DNA from: Silvanigrellaceae bacterium
Lineage (GTDB): Bacteria; Bdellovibrionota_B; Oligoflexia; Silvanigrellales; Silvanigrellaceae
Reading direction: 5' to 3'
Length of the DNA: 25,035 nucleotides
Assembly: GCA_049423385.1 (NCBI GenBank)
Contig: JBMSQQ010000051.1
Coordinates: forward strand, 1 to 25,035
Below are positions 1 through 8,259 of the stretch, piece after piece. The notes beneath the pieces are model-generated. The model did no database searches. It was not told the DNA's origin and saw nothing but the letters and a program-made list of their open reading frames with translations. How positions within the stretch are numbered: the stretch's first letter is position 1; every line of letters begins with the position of its first letter. A program made the translations under genes and the position numbers.

Positions 1-307
1 AGGCGCGTGGGACAAAGCCAATGGGACAGAGGCAGATTGGACGGCATTTGCTGCGGCCGCAAAAAATTCGGTGCAGGCGGGGCGCATGCCGCCGGGTACG
101 ATGAGCACAGACCAAAAAACAAAGTTTATCGCTTATCTTGATTCCTTGCTGGCCTCGACGAACACCACCACAGGTGGGACATCTGCCGCATTCACATTGG
201 CGGACGCAAAACCATTCTGCAATGCGTGTCACATTGCCGGTGGAAGTGGTGCAGGCGCGTGGGACAAAGCCAATGGGACAGAGGCAGATTGGACGGCATT
301 TGCTGCG
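1..307 (+). repeat. Intragenic direct repeat with a 252-bp period
   Basis: Bases 1-55 are identical to 253-307. Protein similarity continues as SVQAGRMPxGTMxTDQxTKFIxYLDSLL. Confidence 0.95.
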
Positions 308-1354
308 ACTGCGAAGGATTCGGTTCAAGCAGGGCGAATGCCAATTGGAACGATGACCACCGACCAGAGAACAAAGTTCATTGACTATCTGGATTCATTG
401 TTGGTGACGGCAACACCCACCCCAATCCCCGCTTCGAACAACCCACCCACGGCAACACTGTCTGCCCCCTGGAACGGGGGCGGCACAGTGACGGGCAGCA
501 ACACCGGAGCAATCAACTTCACTTTGAATGATCCCGACGCGGGAGACACCGTTTCAGTCACCAAAGTGGAATTCAGTTCCAACGGTGGAACAAACTGGCA
601 AAACATCAATTGCATTACGCTCACAGCAACATCGTGCACATGGAATGCCGCAGTCACAAACGGCACGACTTATCGCGTGCGCCTCACCTTCGCAGACAGC
701 CGTGGAGCCACCGACACGGTACAATCCACAAGCAACGTGTCGGTCAACCTCGTCAACGCCAACGGTGCGCCCAGCGTGGCCCTGACAGGCATTTGGCAAT
801 CGGGCAACGCAGCCCTGACAGGCTCAAGCACTGGCACTATCACGTACGCCACCAGCGATCCGGAAAACAATCCGCTGACGGTGACGGTGCAGTACAGCAG
901 CAATGGTGGCTCGAACTGGTTGCCCATCACCTGCTCAAACGCAGACAAATCGACAAGCTGCCAATGGAATGCCGCGATTCCAGACACAATTCCAGAAGGT
1001 GATTCCTACCGTGTGCGGGTCACCGTCAACGATGGAACCAACCCATCCGTCAGTGCATCAACCGTCGCCAATTTCGGCATCACAAACACCAATTACAGAT
1101 ATTCTTCGACGGGCACCGTGAAAGCCCAAACCCTGCTGGTGAATTATTGCGGAAGTTGTCATGGTTTGACAGACAATGCCTTCAGGGCTGGTTCATACAA
1201 CAGCGACCCGAAAGACGCGTATCCGATGCGCACACGAATCAGCGCCCGAATTTACGATCCCGTAAAACCAATGCCAAAGTCCGGCTGGACAACCGCCGGA
1301 AAGCCCGACCGCGCAAAAATTCAATTGTGGATCTGGCAAGGAGCACTGCAATAA
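2..1354 (+). CDS. 5'-truncated multi-domain cytochrome c: tandem 84-aa heme-c modules, two Ig/cadherin-like domains, C-terminal heme-c domain
   Basis: The frame is open from base 2 (GAWDKANGTEADW...). CxxCH motifs CNACH (218-232) and CGSCH (1148-1162) are each followed by an MP candidate distal Met ligand (GRMP, KPMP). Two roughly 105-aa beta-rich repeats start NNPPTA and NGAPSV and contain SSNGGxNW and CxWNAA. Confidence 0.85.
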   Translation, partial: GAWDKANGTEADWTAFAAAAKNSVQAGRMPPGTMSTDQKTKFIAYLDSLLASTNTTTGGTSAAFTLADAKPFCNACHIAGGSGAGAWDKANGTEADWTAFAATAKDSVQAGRMPIGTMTTDQRTKFIDYLDSLLVTATPTPIPASNNPPTATLSAPWNGGGTVTGSNTGAINFTLNDPDAGDTVSVTKVEFSSNGGTNWQNINCITLTATSCTWNAAVTNGTTYRVRLTFADSRGATDTVQSTSNVSVNLVNANGAPSVALTGIWQSGNAALTGSSTGTITYATSDPENNPLTVTVQYSSNGGSNWLPITCSNADKSTSCQWNAAIPDTIPEGDSYRVRVTVNDGTNPSVSASTVANFGITNTNYRYSSTGTVKAQTLLVNYCGSCHGLTDNAFRAGSYNSDPKDAYPMRTRISARIYDPVKPMPKSGWTTAGKPDRAKIQLWIWQGALQ

Positions 1355-1361
1355 GCCCTGC

Positions 1362-2900
1362 TCACAACGAACGCAGATATCCCATCAACGCTTCTTTTTC
1401 GCTGTCATCAAAATTGCTGCACAACTCGCTGTGAGGAGAACCGGCAATTTTTCTGCCGGCGCGTGACTTGCAGAACAGATCATCGAGATTCTCAACAGAA
1501 CCATCAATCATCAAATCGCGTCGCGACCAAACTCCAATCAGTCGGCGGCTACGGATACCCTCTGGCTGTGGCCTGAGATCTGCTGACAATTGTTGGCTCA
1601 GATCATCAATGAGTTTTGCAATGGGAGTTGTCGCCTTGTAGTCCTGGCGTGCATTCTCCAAGCTTTTCGGACTGCCCACAATTTCTGCCGGATAAAGGCG
1701 TGTCGACTCTCCCGCAGTACCATCATGACACTGCACACAGGCTGATTTGAAAATCAACCGACCGTTTTCTACAAGTTCACCTGGCGAGGATTGCTGTTGG
1801 CCTGGAGCCCGCAACTGTCGTAAAAAAGCAACCAACGGACGAATGTTTCGTGGTCGCACCAGGCTCAAATCCTGATAAGCATAAACCAAAGCCGAGGCGA
1901 CAAACTTTTCAAGTGATGCATACTTTGTTGTCTGGCCCAATGGAGCCACACGTCCTGCCAGAAAATCCTCCTCGTACCCTGTCAACCCCCAAATCTGTGG
2001 AATCGAAAGATTCGGCACGCCGTCGCGTTGGATGGTCAACATGGGCGCTCCCGGATTGAAGACTCCCGGACGTCCGTTCAACCATGACAATAAATCACGC
2101 TCCGGAGGCATCGCGACAAACTTCACATCCGGCAGACCCTTGGGACCAATGTTGAGCATATGGAGCATGCGGGAATATTTGAAGACAAGATTCGACCAGT
2201 CGATCCGATTTTTTCCATCCACGACACGCCTGCGTTCCGTGCGCTCGAGTTCCGCGAAAAAAGCTTGAGCTTGTTGCGGCAGCTTCTTTCTCTCGGGATC
2301 GAGCATTGCAGCATAAAGTGGATAATAAGACATCAAATTGAAGGTGCTCAGATCCAGTTTCGTGTTGGGTGCGCCAATGGCGAAACGACCATCCGGCAAT
2401 TGCCCCACATGACATGCCGCACAGGTCACGTTGACCGAAGGCATGCCCGTGTATCGGGTCGTTGATCGAGCGATACCCAAAGGGCGACCGGCAGGATCGG
2501 TTGGATTCGGAAAAAATCCAAGTTTCTGAAAACCAGGACCCACACGATCCGGCCAAGACCGCTCAATCGCGTTGAAAAGAATTTCCGGCAACGGCAACTT
2601 TCCACTGGTTTCCCAGGACAAAAACATCCATTTTCCACAGAGAATTTCCTGTTCGCGCAGCTGCACCGGATCGGTGCCCTTGCGGGGTTGATCAGAGTCA
2701 TCAAGCATGGAACTGTAATTTTCACATGCGCGCTCGGTCCGCGGGCGTTCAAGAATTTCTTCCAGACTGTTTCCAACATCCAACGTAACCACCGAATCGC
2801 CACTCAATGACTTGAGCGATGAAGTCCTTGGATCCTGTTTTCCACACCCTGCCAGCAAAAACACCACGCCCGAAAAAAGCCAACGTTTTGCGAGAGCCAT
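1362..2900 (-). CDS. Di-heme cytochrome c lipoprotein, RoxA/MauG/di-heme peroxidase-like
   Basis: Lipobox LLAG|C. CAACH (2409-2423) in a VTCAACHVGQL...GAPN context and CVQCH (1725-1739) in G..IF...CxxCH. C-terminal LIGVW...DGSVENLDDL resembles the L.G.W...PY.HNGSVP.L motif. Confidence 0.75.
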   Translation of the reverse strand: MALAKRWLFSGVVFLLAGCGKQDPRTSSLKSLSGDSVVTLDVGNSLEEILERPRTERACENYSSMLDDSDQPRKGTDPVQLREQEILCGKWMFLSWETSGKLPLPEILFNAIERSWPDRVGPGFQKLGFFPNPTDPAGRPLGIARSTTRYTGMPSVNVTCAACHVGQLPDGRFAIGAPNTKLDLSTFNLMSYYPLYAAMLDPERKKLPQQAQAFFAELERTERRRVVDGKNRIDWSNLVFKYSRMLHMLNIGPKGLPDVKFVAMPPERDLLSWLNGRPGVFNPGAPMLTIQRDGVPNLSIPQIWGLTGYEEDFLAGRVAPLGQTTKYASLEKFVASALVYAYQDLSLVRPRNIRPLVAFLRQLRAPGQQQSSPGELVENGRLIFKSACVQCHDGTAGESTRLYPAEIVGSPKSLENARQDYKATTPIAKLIDDLSQQLSADLRPQPEGIRSRRLIGVWSRRDLMIDGSVENLDDLFCKSRAGRKIAGSPHSELCSNFDDSEKEALMGYLRSL

Positions 2901-2965
2901 GCCGGTATCCCCCTTGATTCAGCCAAGGGTGGCGCATTGGTGATTGATTGTCGACAAAACGGTGA

Positions 2966-2992
2966 CAATCGGTTGGTTTTACAAACCGATTA
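2966..2992 (-). promoter_or_regulatory. Sigma28/FliA-like promoter candidate (TAAT-N15-ACCGATTG) lying within an 8-bp inverted repeat
   Basis: Matches the TAAA-N15-GCCGATAA spacing. Inverted repeat aatcggtt (2967-2974) / aaccgatt (2984-2991). Confidence 0.45.
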
Positions 2993-3008
2993 AAACGTGT
3001 TCTTTGAA

Positions 3009-4241
3009 CTAAGGAACCTGCTCCATGACAATCCTTGTCACAAGCCTGCCGCGCAATGTTTCCACTCCCCTGGAGACAACCTTGAAAACCGTTCCCGGTG
3101 GAAACAGGACTTCCATTTCGTTTTTGAACTCTGAAATCTCATCAATCATGCGACCGCTCTTTGATGTGATTTGAAAAATCGTGTTGCCTGCAAAACGCTC
3201 GCCTGCATTGCGGGTCGTGCTGGTGAAAGCTTTCTCGGTCACGTTCGCACCCACCTTGTAGACAGCCGAGAGCTCATCAGAAAGGCTAATCCCTCTGTAT
3301 ACAACTCCCTGGAATGCCTTTTCGGATAGTTTGGTGAGTCCGGAACTTGCTGCTTCGATAACAGGTCTCAGCGCAGCCAACTCCGCCTGGTTTCCGCTGC
3401 GCAACGCATTGTTGATGGGCGTGTAGCCCATCCTTGTGTAATAGTTGAGAGCACCCAGCTCACTCACATCCAACTTGAGGTAGTATCTGTTCTTTCCGAT
3501 CAGTTCCTTCGCAGCGCGCCAACTGTGCATTTGCGCAGATGCCAAAAATTCTTCCACTTTCAGAAGTGTTGGTTCAGAGGCAATATGCCGCGTGAGGTTG
3601 AGCGACGTGTTCGAAAAGACGGTGGGAACACTGTTGACGGCCGCGGGCACTGCGCGAACGGCATTGATTCGTGTTACGAGAAGAAAGCCAAGCGACTTGA
3701 CCGAACCCAGCCCCAGAGTGGCTACGGTATCAATCGCCAGATTACCCCATGGATCTTCTGGTGCAGCCCCTGTGTCGATGCAGCGACAACCCGAACCATC
3801 GCAATAATGGACTGCGAATTCACCACATTTTCTCGGTGTGTTTTCGGGGCATACCTTGGGAGTACGATGCGCAAGATTGACCGCGAGTGTGTACCATCGG
3901 TTCTCACCTGCAAGTGTTCCACCGCGAACAACGATTCTCATCACGCGAACGTTCTTTTCATCACTGACCATCGTCAGTTCACGAATGACGGGAGTTCCCT
4001 TGCCGACGTATTTTGCGTTTTTGTTGGCTTCCAGATCGTCTGGACTTGCAAAAACGGGAATGTTGTCTTTGGTGACCATGAAGTGTTCAGGCCACACCGT
4101 GCATGCAGGGACAGAACTGACGTCAGACTCCAAACCCGATTTGGCAACCGGCTTGCAGGCCTGAAGCACAAACAAGACGAGCAGAAGAAACGAAGTGGCC
4201 AAGTGGATTCGAGGAAACAAACGATGGAATGGCGATCGCAT
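3009..4241 (-). CDS. Lipoprotein with a C-terminal R-S-E clade mono-ADP-ribosyltransferase toxin domain
   Basis: ATG 4241 is preceded by GGAGG. Lipobox LQA|C. Catalytic motifs VYRG, FTSTT and EME (ExE), with the typical YT..GY..IN..LR helix upstream. Confidence 0.9.
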   Translation of the reverse strand: MRSPFHRLFPRIHLATSFLLLVLFVLQACKPVAKSGLESDVSSVPACTVWPEHFMVTKDNIPVFASPDDLEANKNAKYVGKGTPVIRELTMVSDEKNVRVMRIVVRGGTLAGENRWYTLAVNLAHRTPKVCPENTPRKCGEFAVHYCDGSGCRCIDTGAAPEDPWGNLAIDTVATLGLGSVKSLGFLLVTRINAVRAVPAAVNSVPTVFSNTSLNLTRHIASEPTLLKVEEFLASAQMHSWRAAKELIGKNRYYLKLDVSELGALNYYTRMGYTPINNALRSGNQAELAALRPVIEAASSGLTKLSEKAFQGVVYRGISLSDELSAVYKVGANVTEKAFTSTTRNAGERFAGNTIFQITSKSGRMIDEISEFKNEMEVLFPPGTVFKVVSRGVETLRGRLVTRIVMEQVP

Positions 4242-4268
4242 GGAACCTCCCGACGCAGCACGCGGGAG

Positions 4269-4295
4269 GTATCGGAACTTCAGGAAAAACCATGA
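4269..4295 (-). promoter_or_regulatory. Sigma28/FliA-like promoter (TCAT-N15-TCCGATAC)
   Basis: Exact 15-nt spacer. The -10 element ends 27 nt before the ART start codon. Confidence 0.6.
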
Positions 4296-4330
4296 CTGGA
4301 ATTTATCATTCAACGACCAAAATAACGAAT

Positions 4331-5398
4331 TTACGGCAGTATCTTCGAAGGGTTCAAAAGTCTTCCATATTGCCTAATCTCAAAGTGAAGGTGGGGTGTG
4401 ATTCCATAGCCCGAAGCATTTCCACTTCGACCCGAGCTTGCAATCTTCGCACCTTTTTCCACATAGGAGCCATGGCTGTAGCTGAAAGAAGTCAGGTGAG
4501 CATATCGGCTTGAGTAGCCTTCCTCATGTTTCACATCGACAACATTTCCATATGAATATTCAAACGCCGGATCGACAATCGTGCCCGCGCGGCTGGCATA
4601 AACGGGTTCACCCACCGCGGCGACAATATCGATACCCTGGTGCCCACGTCCGGACGCGCGGGGTGCCCCAAAATAGCCGCTGCCACCCGAATCATTTCGA
4701 ATGTTGCGGCCCCTGGTCGGCCACACAAACGCACCGTCATCAATCGCAGCGGATTCACTCGCACCCGCCGATGCACCGGGCCGCCTCTGTTGTGCCGATG
4801 CACCCAGTAGCCTGTCAAAATGGCGCGATACCACCAGGAAACTTTCAGCGTTGAGCATGTTGCAATTGAGCAACTGTGCAGGAGTCGGAACGTTGCCATT
4901 GGACGTTGCGGCTGGAGTTGCCTTTGGATCGCCGACCGGCGAGGGAGATGAGCCCGCAACTGGAGTCGCTGCAGGGGCAGAAGAAACCAGCTCTGACGGG
5001 ATTCGAGTTTCCGGTTTTACGTCTTCATTCAGCGACCGTTGAACCTTGCCAATTTCACCCGTCGGCAACCTGACTTCAACAAGATCGAAGAGCCTCCAGT
5101 GATCAATTCCCTCATGTTTCAAGGATTCAACGATCAACACTGTCCCCTGGGGTACGGGACAAAACCCGTCGCCCACACCACCGGAAACAAGATTTGTTTT
5201 GAGGGATGTGTTTTCCTTTGCGGTCAAAGTCTCAATGGACGCGCCCTGTCCATTGCCGGCATCTCCGGCAGTAGAAACCCTTGAGTCGATCTGCTTGCAC
5301 GACACCATAACGGCACCTGCAAGAGTGGAAAAAAGACAACCCACAACAATCCAATTTGTGCGGAGCATTCTCGACGAAACAACACGTTGCCTGTTCAT
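4331..5398 (-). CDS. M23-family (LytM-like) zinc peptidoglycan endopeptidase lipoprotein
   Basis: HQGID (HxxxD), YAHL and PHLHFE (HxH) motifs. Lipobox MVS|C. ATG 5398 has an AAGGA SD. Confidence 0.92.
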   Translation of the reverse strand: MNRQRVVSSRMLRTNWIVVGCLFSTLAGAVMVSCKQIDSRVSTAGDAGNGQGASIETLTAKENTSLKTNLVSGGVGDGFCPVPQGTVLIVESLKHEGIDHWRLFDLVEVRLPTGEIGKVQRSLNEDVKPETRIPSELVSSAPAATPVAGSSPSPVGDPKATPAATSNGNVPTPAQLLNCNMLNAESFLVVSRHFDRLLGASAQQRRPGASAGASESAAIDDGAFVWPTRGRNIRNDSGGSGYFGAPRASGRGHQGIDIVAAVGEPVYASRAGTIVDPAFEYSYGNVVDVKHEEGYSSRYAHLTSFSYSHGSYVEKGAKIASSGRSGNASGYGITPHLHFEIRQYGRLLNPSKILP

Positions 5399-5452
5399 CT
5401 CGGTTGGTCCTTTTTTCAAATCAGTCGGCTTTTTCCGGCGGCCGACGCTTGG

Positions 5453-5479
5453 TTATCGGATTATCAGCGAACAACCTGA
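5453..5479 (-). promoter_or_regulatory. Sigma28/FliA-like promoter (TCAG-N15-TCCGATAA)
   Basis: The -10 element matches GCCGATAA at 7 of 8 positions with an exact 15-nt spacer, upstream of the M23 gene. Confidence 0.65.
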
Positions 5480-5480
5480 G

Positions 5481-6701
5481 TTACCCTTGCCCGACACTTG
5501 CCAAAAATCCACGGCTCCAGCGATTTCCATTGCAAACCGGTGAATCCGGATTGGCACTCAGGGCCTTGCAACGCTTCACCTGTTCTTTTGTGAATGGACC
5601 GAAGGCATTTTCTCCCTCGACACATGCACCCACCTGGGCATCGAATTCTGCGCCCACGGGACACCGAGCTGCGCCGTGCAGCCAAATCGCCATGCCACGC
5701 GACCAACGGATGTTGGAGCAGGCTTCGCCCCCACCTTTTTCTCGACACGCATCCTGCATGCCCTGGGTGAAGGGTCCTTGTGCCTCGCTTGCCGACAAGC
5801 ACATCATGCCACCGGCGTTTCCAACCGGAGCGGCAGAAAAACCTTCGGGACACGCGAGTGAATCCGGATTCGGTGAGGGAGTTCCACCCTTGTCGGTGCG
5901 GCGCTCAAGTCCTGCCACTATCGTTGGGACATCGTCGGTTCTGACAAATGTGAATCCCTCTTGCTTGAGTTGCTTGACCATCAATTTGGTCAGGTCGATG
6001 GTTCGCGAGTGGACGTCGTGCAGCAGGATGATGCCGCGATTGAGTTCGCGGGTTTCGTTCATGTAACCATCCAGACACTTTTCAACCGAATCACCAAACG
6101 ACCAGCATGCCCAGTCTGCAGCGGCAGAAAGTGTTTTGTCTGCGCGCTCGAGGCGTTCTCCGCCAATATCCCAAAAAACGGAACCCACATATTTGGTGAG
6201 TCCAGCACTGTTGAGAATGTTGGCAACCCCAGAGCTCCAATCACCATAGGGAGCACGGAAAAGAAAATGGCCCTTGTCCACATGCTGTTTGATGAGTTCA
6301 TCAGTTCTACGCACTTCGGCGACGGGATCGCTTGATTTTGTCATGTGCGGGTGACTGTATGAGTGATTGGCAACCAAATGACCATCCTGCTGAAGCTGTT
6401 TGACAACTTCAGGATATTGCGCGGCGTTGCTGCCCTGCAGAAAGAAGGTTCCCTTGATGCCTTCGTTTTTGAGAAAACGCGAAAGTTCGGAGGTGCGCGG
6501 ACCAGGGCCATCATCAAACGTCAAGGAAACAGAGCCACCTGCCATACCGTGGCCCATAAGCTGCGGACCGGTGAAATCCTGTACGTTCGAGTCACCGCCA
6601 TCACGGCCCAGGCGACCACAGGCCAGGGTTGCAAATACCAACGAAAATCCACCCACAATCTGAGCAACACGACGAACATTGCGGTTCAAATTCGAAGCCA
6701 T
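5481..6701 (-). CDS. CE4/NodB polysaccharide (peptidoglycan/chitin) deacetylase lipoprotein with two C-terminal Cys-rich repeats
   Basis: TFDDGP, HSYSH, RAPYG and LLHD motifs. Lipobox TLA|C. ATG 6701 has an AGGAG SD. Confidence 0.92.
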   Translation of the reverse strand: MASNLNRNVRRVAQIVGGFSLVFATLACGRLGRDGGDSNVQDFTGPQLMGHGMAGGSVSLTFDDGPGPRTSELSRFLKNEGIKGTFFLQGSNAAQYPEVVKQLQQDGHLVANHSYSHPHMTKSSDPVAEVRRTDELIKQHVDKGHFLFRAPYGDWSSGVANILNSAGLTKYVGSVFWDIGGERLERADKTLSAAADWACWSFGDSVEKCLDGYMNETRELNRGIILLHDVHSRTIDLTKLMVKQLKQEGFTFVRTDDVPTIVAGLERRTDKGGTPSPNPDSLACPEGFSAAPVGNAGGMMCLSASEAQGPFTQGMQDACREKGGGEACSNIRWSRGMAIWLHGAARCPVGAEFDAQVGACVEGENAFGPFTKEQVKRCKALSANPDSPVCNGNRWSRGFLASVGQG

Positions 6702-6869
6702 GTGAAGTCTCCTCGTGCACTGTGAACAAATGTAGTTGGCATCATCCAGCACAAGCCATGCCAGAATCATAATAATGATTCCAGCATCTTAAGTTTATTT
6801 CAACTGTTCAAGGTTCAGACAGTTGGCAAAAACTTTTCAATGGCCTCATGAAACAACAAAACAACATCC

Positions 6870-8150
6870 TCAAAACCGCGCATAAATCTTCAGAGTGTTG
6901 GTCAAGACCGATGCCGCAAGATTTCTATTTTTTCCCGAAAGCGGAACATCGTAATCGATGTCCCACTGCACAGGCAGGAAAAAATCCAGCGCGGAAAGCG
7001 TGAGACCCGCCTGTACAGAATAGAGATGAGATTCAGGTGAGAACTCGACACCACCAAGAGTCGCGCGTGGTTCAAAATCGTACTTGAATTGCCCGTTCAA
7101 CAGCACACGACTCAAAGCATCAGAAACATCTGCAGGGCTCAACGCGATTTTCATGAAACCAACATTCCGAGGATCATCACGCCGAAACTCGGCAGAATTT
7201 GCGATATTGTCTGCACCTGGCGAGTTCACATCCGCGTTGTTGAGCACGGTGCTGTCGAGCAACGATGTTCTTGACTTTTTTGCTGGAAGCAACATCGATT
7301 CCCATTGATTCTGCCATGAAATCACAATTGCCGAAGATGCAGCCCAATCAAGATTTGATCTGATTCCGAGGTCGACTGTCCCACGGCCGGTCGGTCGTTG
7401 CGCTGCAGGAACGTCCCGGAACGAACCCGTTGGCAATCGCAAACCTGCGCCCAAAGAGAAATTCACCGCCCAATCGCGCGCCCAAAGTCCATTGACAGGA
7501 TCAGCCAATGCGACAAGCGCGCCCAATTCAAGATCTCCGAGCCCCGTTGTTCCAGCTGTTGGAATTGCAGCACGCGTGACCAGCGAGGCTGCGACGTCCT
7601 TGATGGGAACGCCCGCCTTGACCGAAAGTTTTTCGCCCGTCGGAAGTGTCAGAACGCTGTTGAACGGCAACGACAAACCGTTCTCATTGATCCCGGAAAG
7701 ACAAGCGGAAACCGTCAAGCATAGACCGTCACTCACCAGCTTTGCCGCTGCTGCCTCCACAAATTCGTTGTATTTTTTTGCATAAAGAGACGACTTTTGA
7801 AACGCCGCGCCATCGATCGCAAGCTTGTTGAATGCGACCATGGGAGCAACAAGTTGAAGCGAAACAGCATCACTCCATCCGTACTCAACAACAAATGCAC
7901 CCGCACCGGCGGAAAGCGTGAAGCCAGAGTCTTCCTTTTTGCCGTCCGGGGAAAAGGCCTGGGTCGCCGTGGCAGACTTGAACAACAGGCGCCCGCGGAA
8001 AACTTTTTCCGGAAGTGTCTTGCCCTCACCCACCAATGCAGTTGGTTTTTGTTGAGGCACAGATGAATCCTGGGATTGAGCCCATGCGATTCCGTGGGTG
8101 AAAATCGTTGCGACAAGAAAAAGAGCTGTCCTGTTTTTTCCTGAACACAT
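6870..8150 (-). CDS. Probable outer-membrane beta-barrel protein (MetA-pathway/COG4313-like channel)
   Basis: Signal peptide ending AWA|Q, alternating amphipathic strands, GLGDLELG, GLRLPTG and PTGRG.VD motifs, and a C-terminal Phe (LKIYARF). ATG 8150 has a GGAG SD. Confidence 0.65.
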   Translation of the reverse strand: MCSGKNRTALFLVATIFTHGIAWAQSQDSSVPQQKPTALVGEGKTLPEKVFRGRLLFKSATATQAFSPDGKKEDSGFTLSAGAGAFVVEYGWSDAVSLQLVAPMVAFNKLAIDGAAFQKSSLYAKKYNEFVEAAAAKLVSDGLCLTVSACLSGINENGLSLPFNSVLTLPTGEKLSVKAGVPIKDVAASLVTRAAIPTAGTTGLGDLELGALVALADPVNGLWARDWAVNFSLGAGLRLPTGSFRDVPAAQRPTGRGTVDLGIRSNLDWAASSAIVISWQNQWESMLLPAKKSRTSLLDSTVLNNADVNSPGADNIANSAEFRRDDPRNVGFMKIALSPADVSDALSRVLLNGQFKYDFEPRATLGGVEFSPESHLYSVQAGLTLSALDFFLPVQWDIDYDVPLSGKNRNLAASVLTNTLKIYARF

Positions 8151-8259
8151 AAAATATGACTCCATCGATCCTGTTTTCCCGACCGCATCAGCTTGCAGAA
8201 TTTTTTGATGACGGGCAAATTTTTCAAGGATCACACAAAAACAGATGGATGGAAACGTC

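Noticed and set aside
3525..6066. Long antisense ORFs (3525-4295, 5356-6066) as antitoxin or immunity genes
   Set aside because: They largely or fully overlap well-supported genes on the opposite strand and show no protein-like motifs, so they are most likely shadow ORFs.
8224..8248. TCAAG...ACAGAT as another sigma28 promoter (similar weak sites near 15653-15714)
   Set aside because: The spacer length or the -10 core does not fit, so these were not counted.
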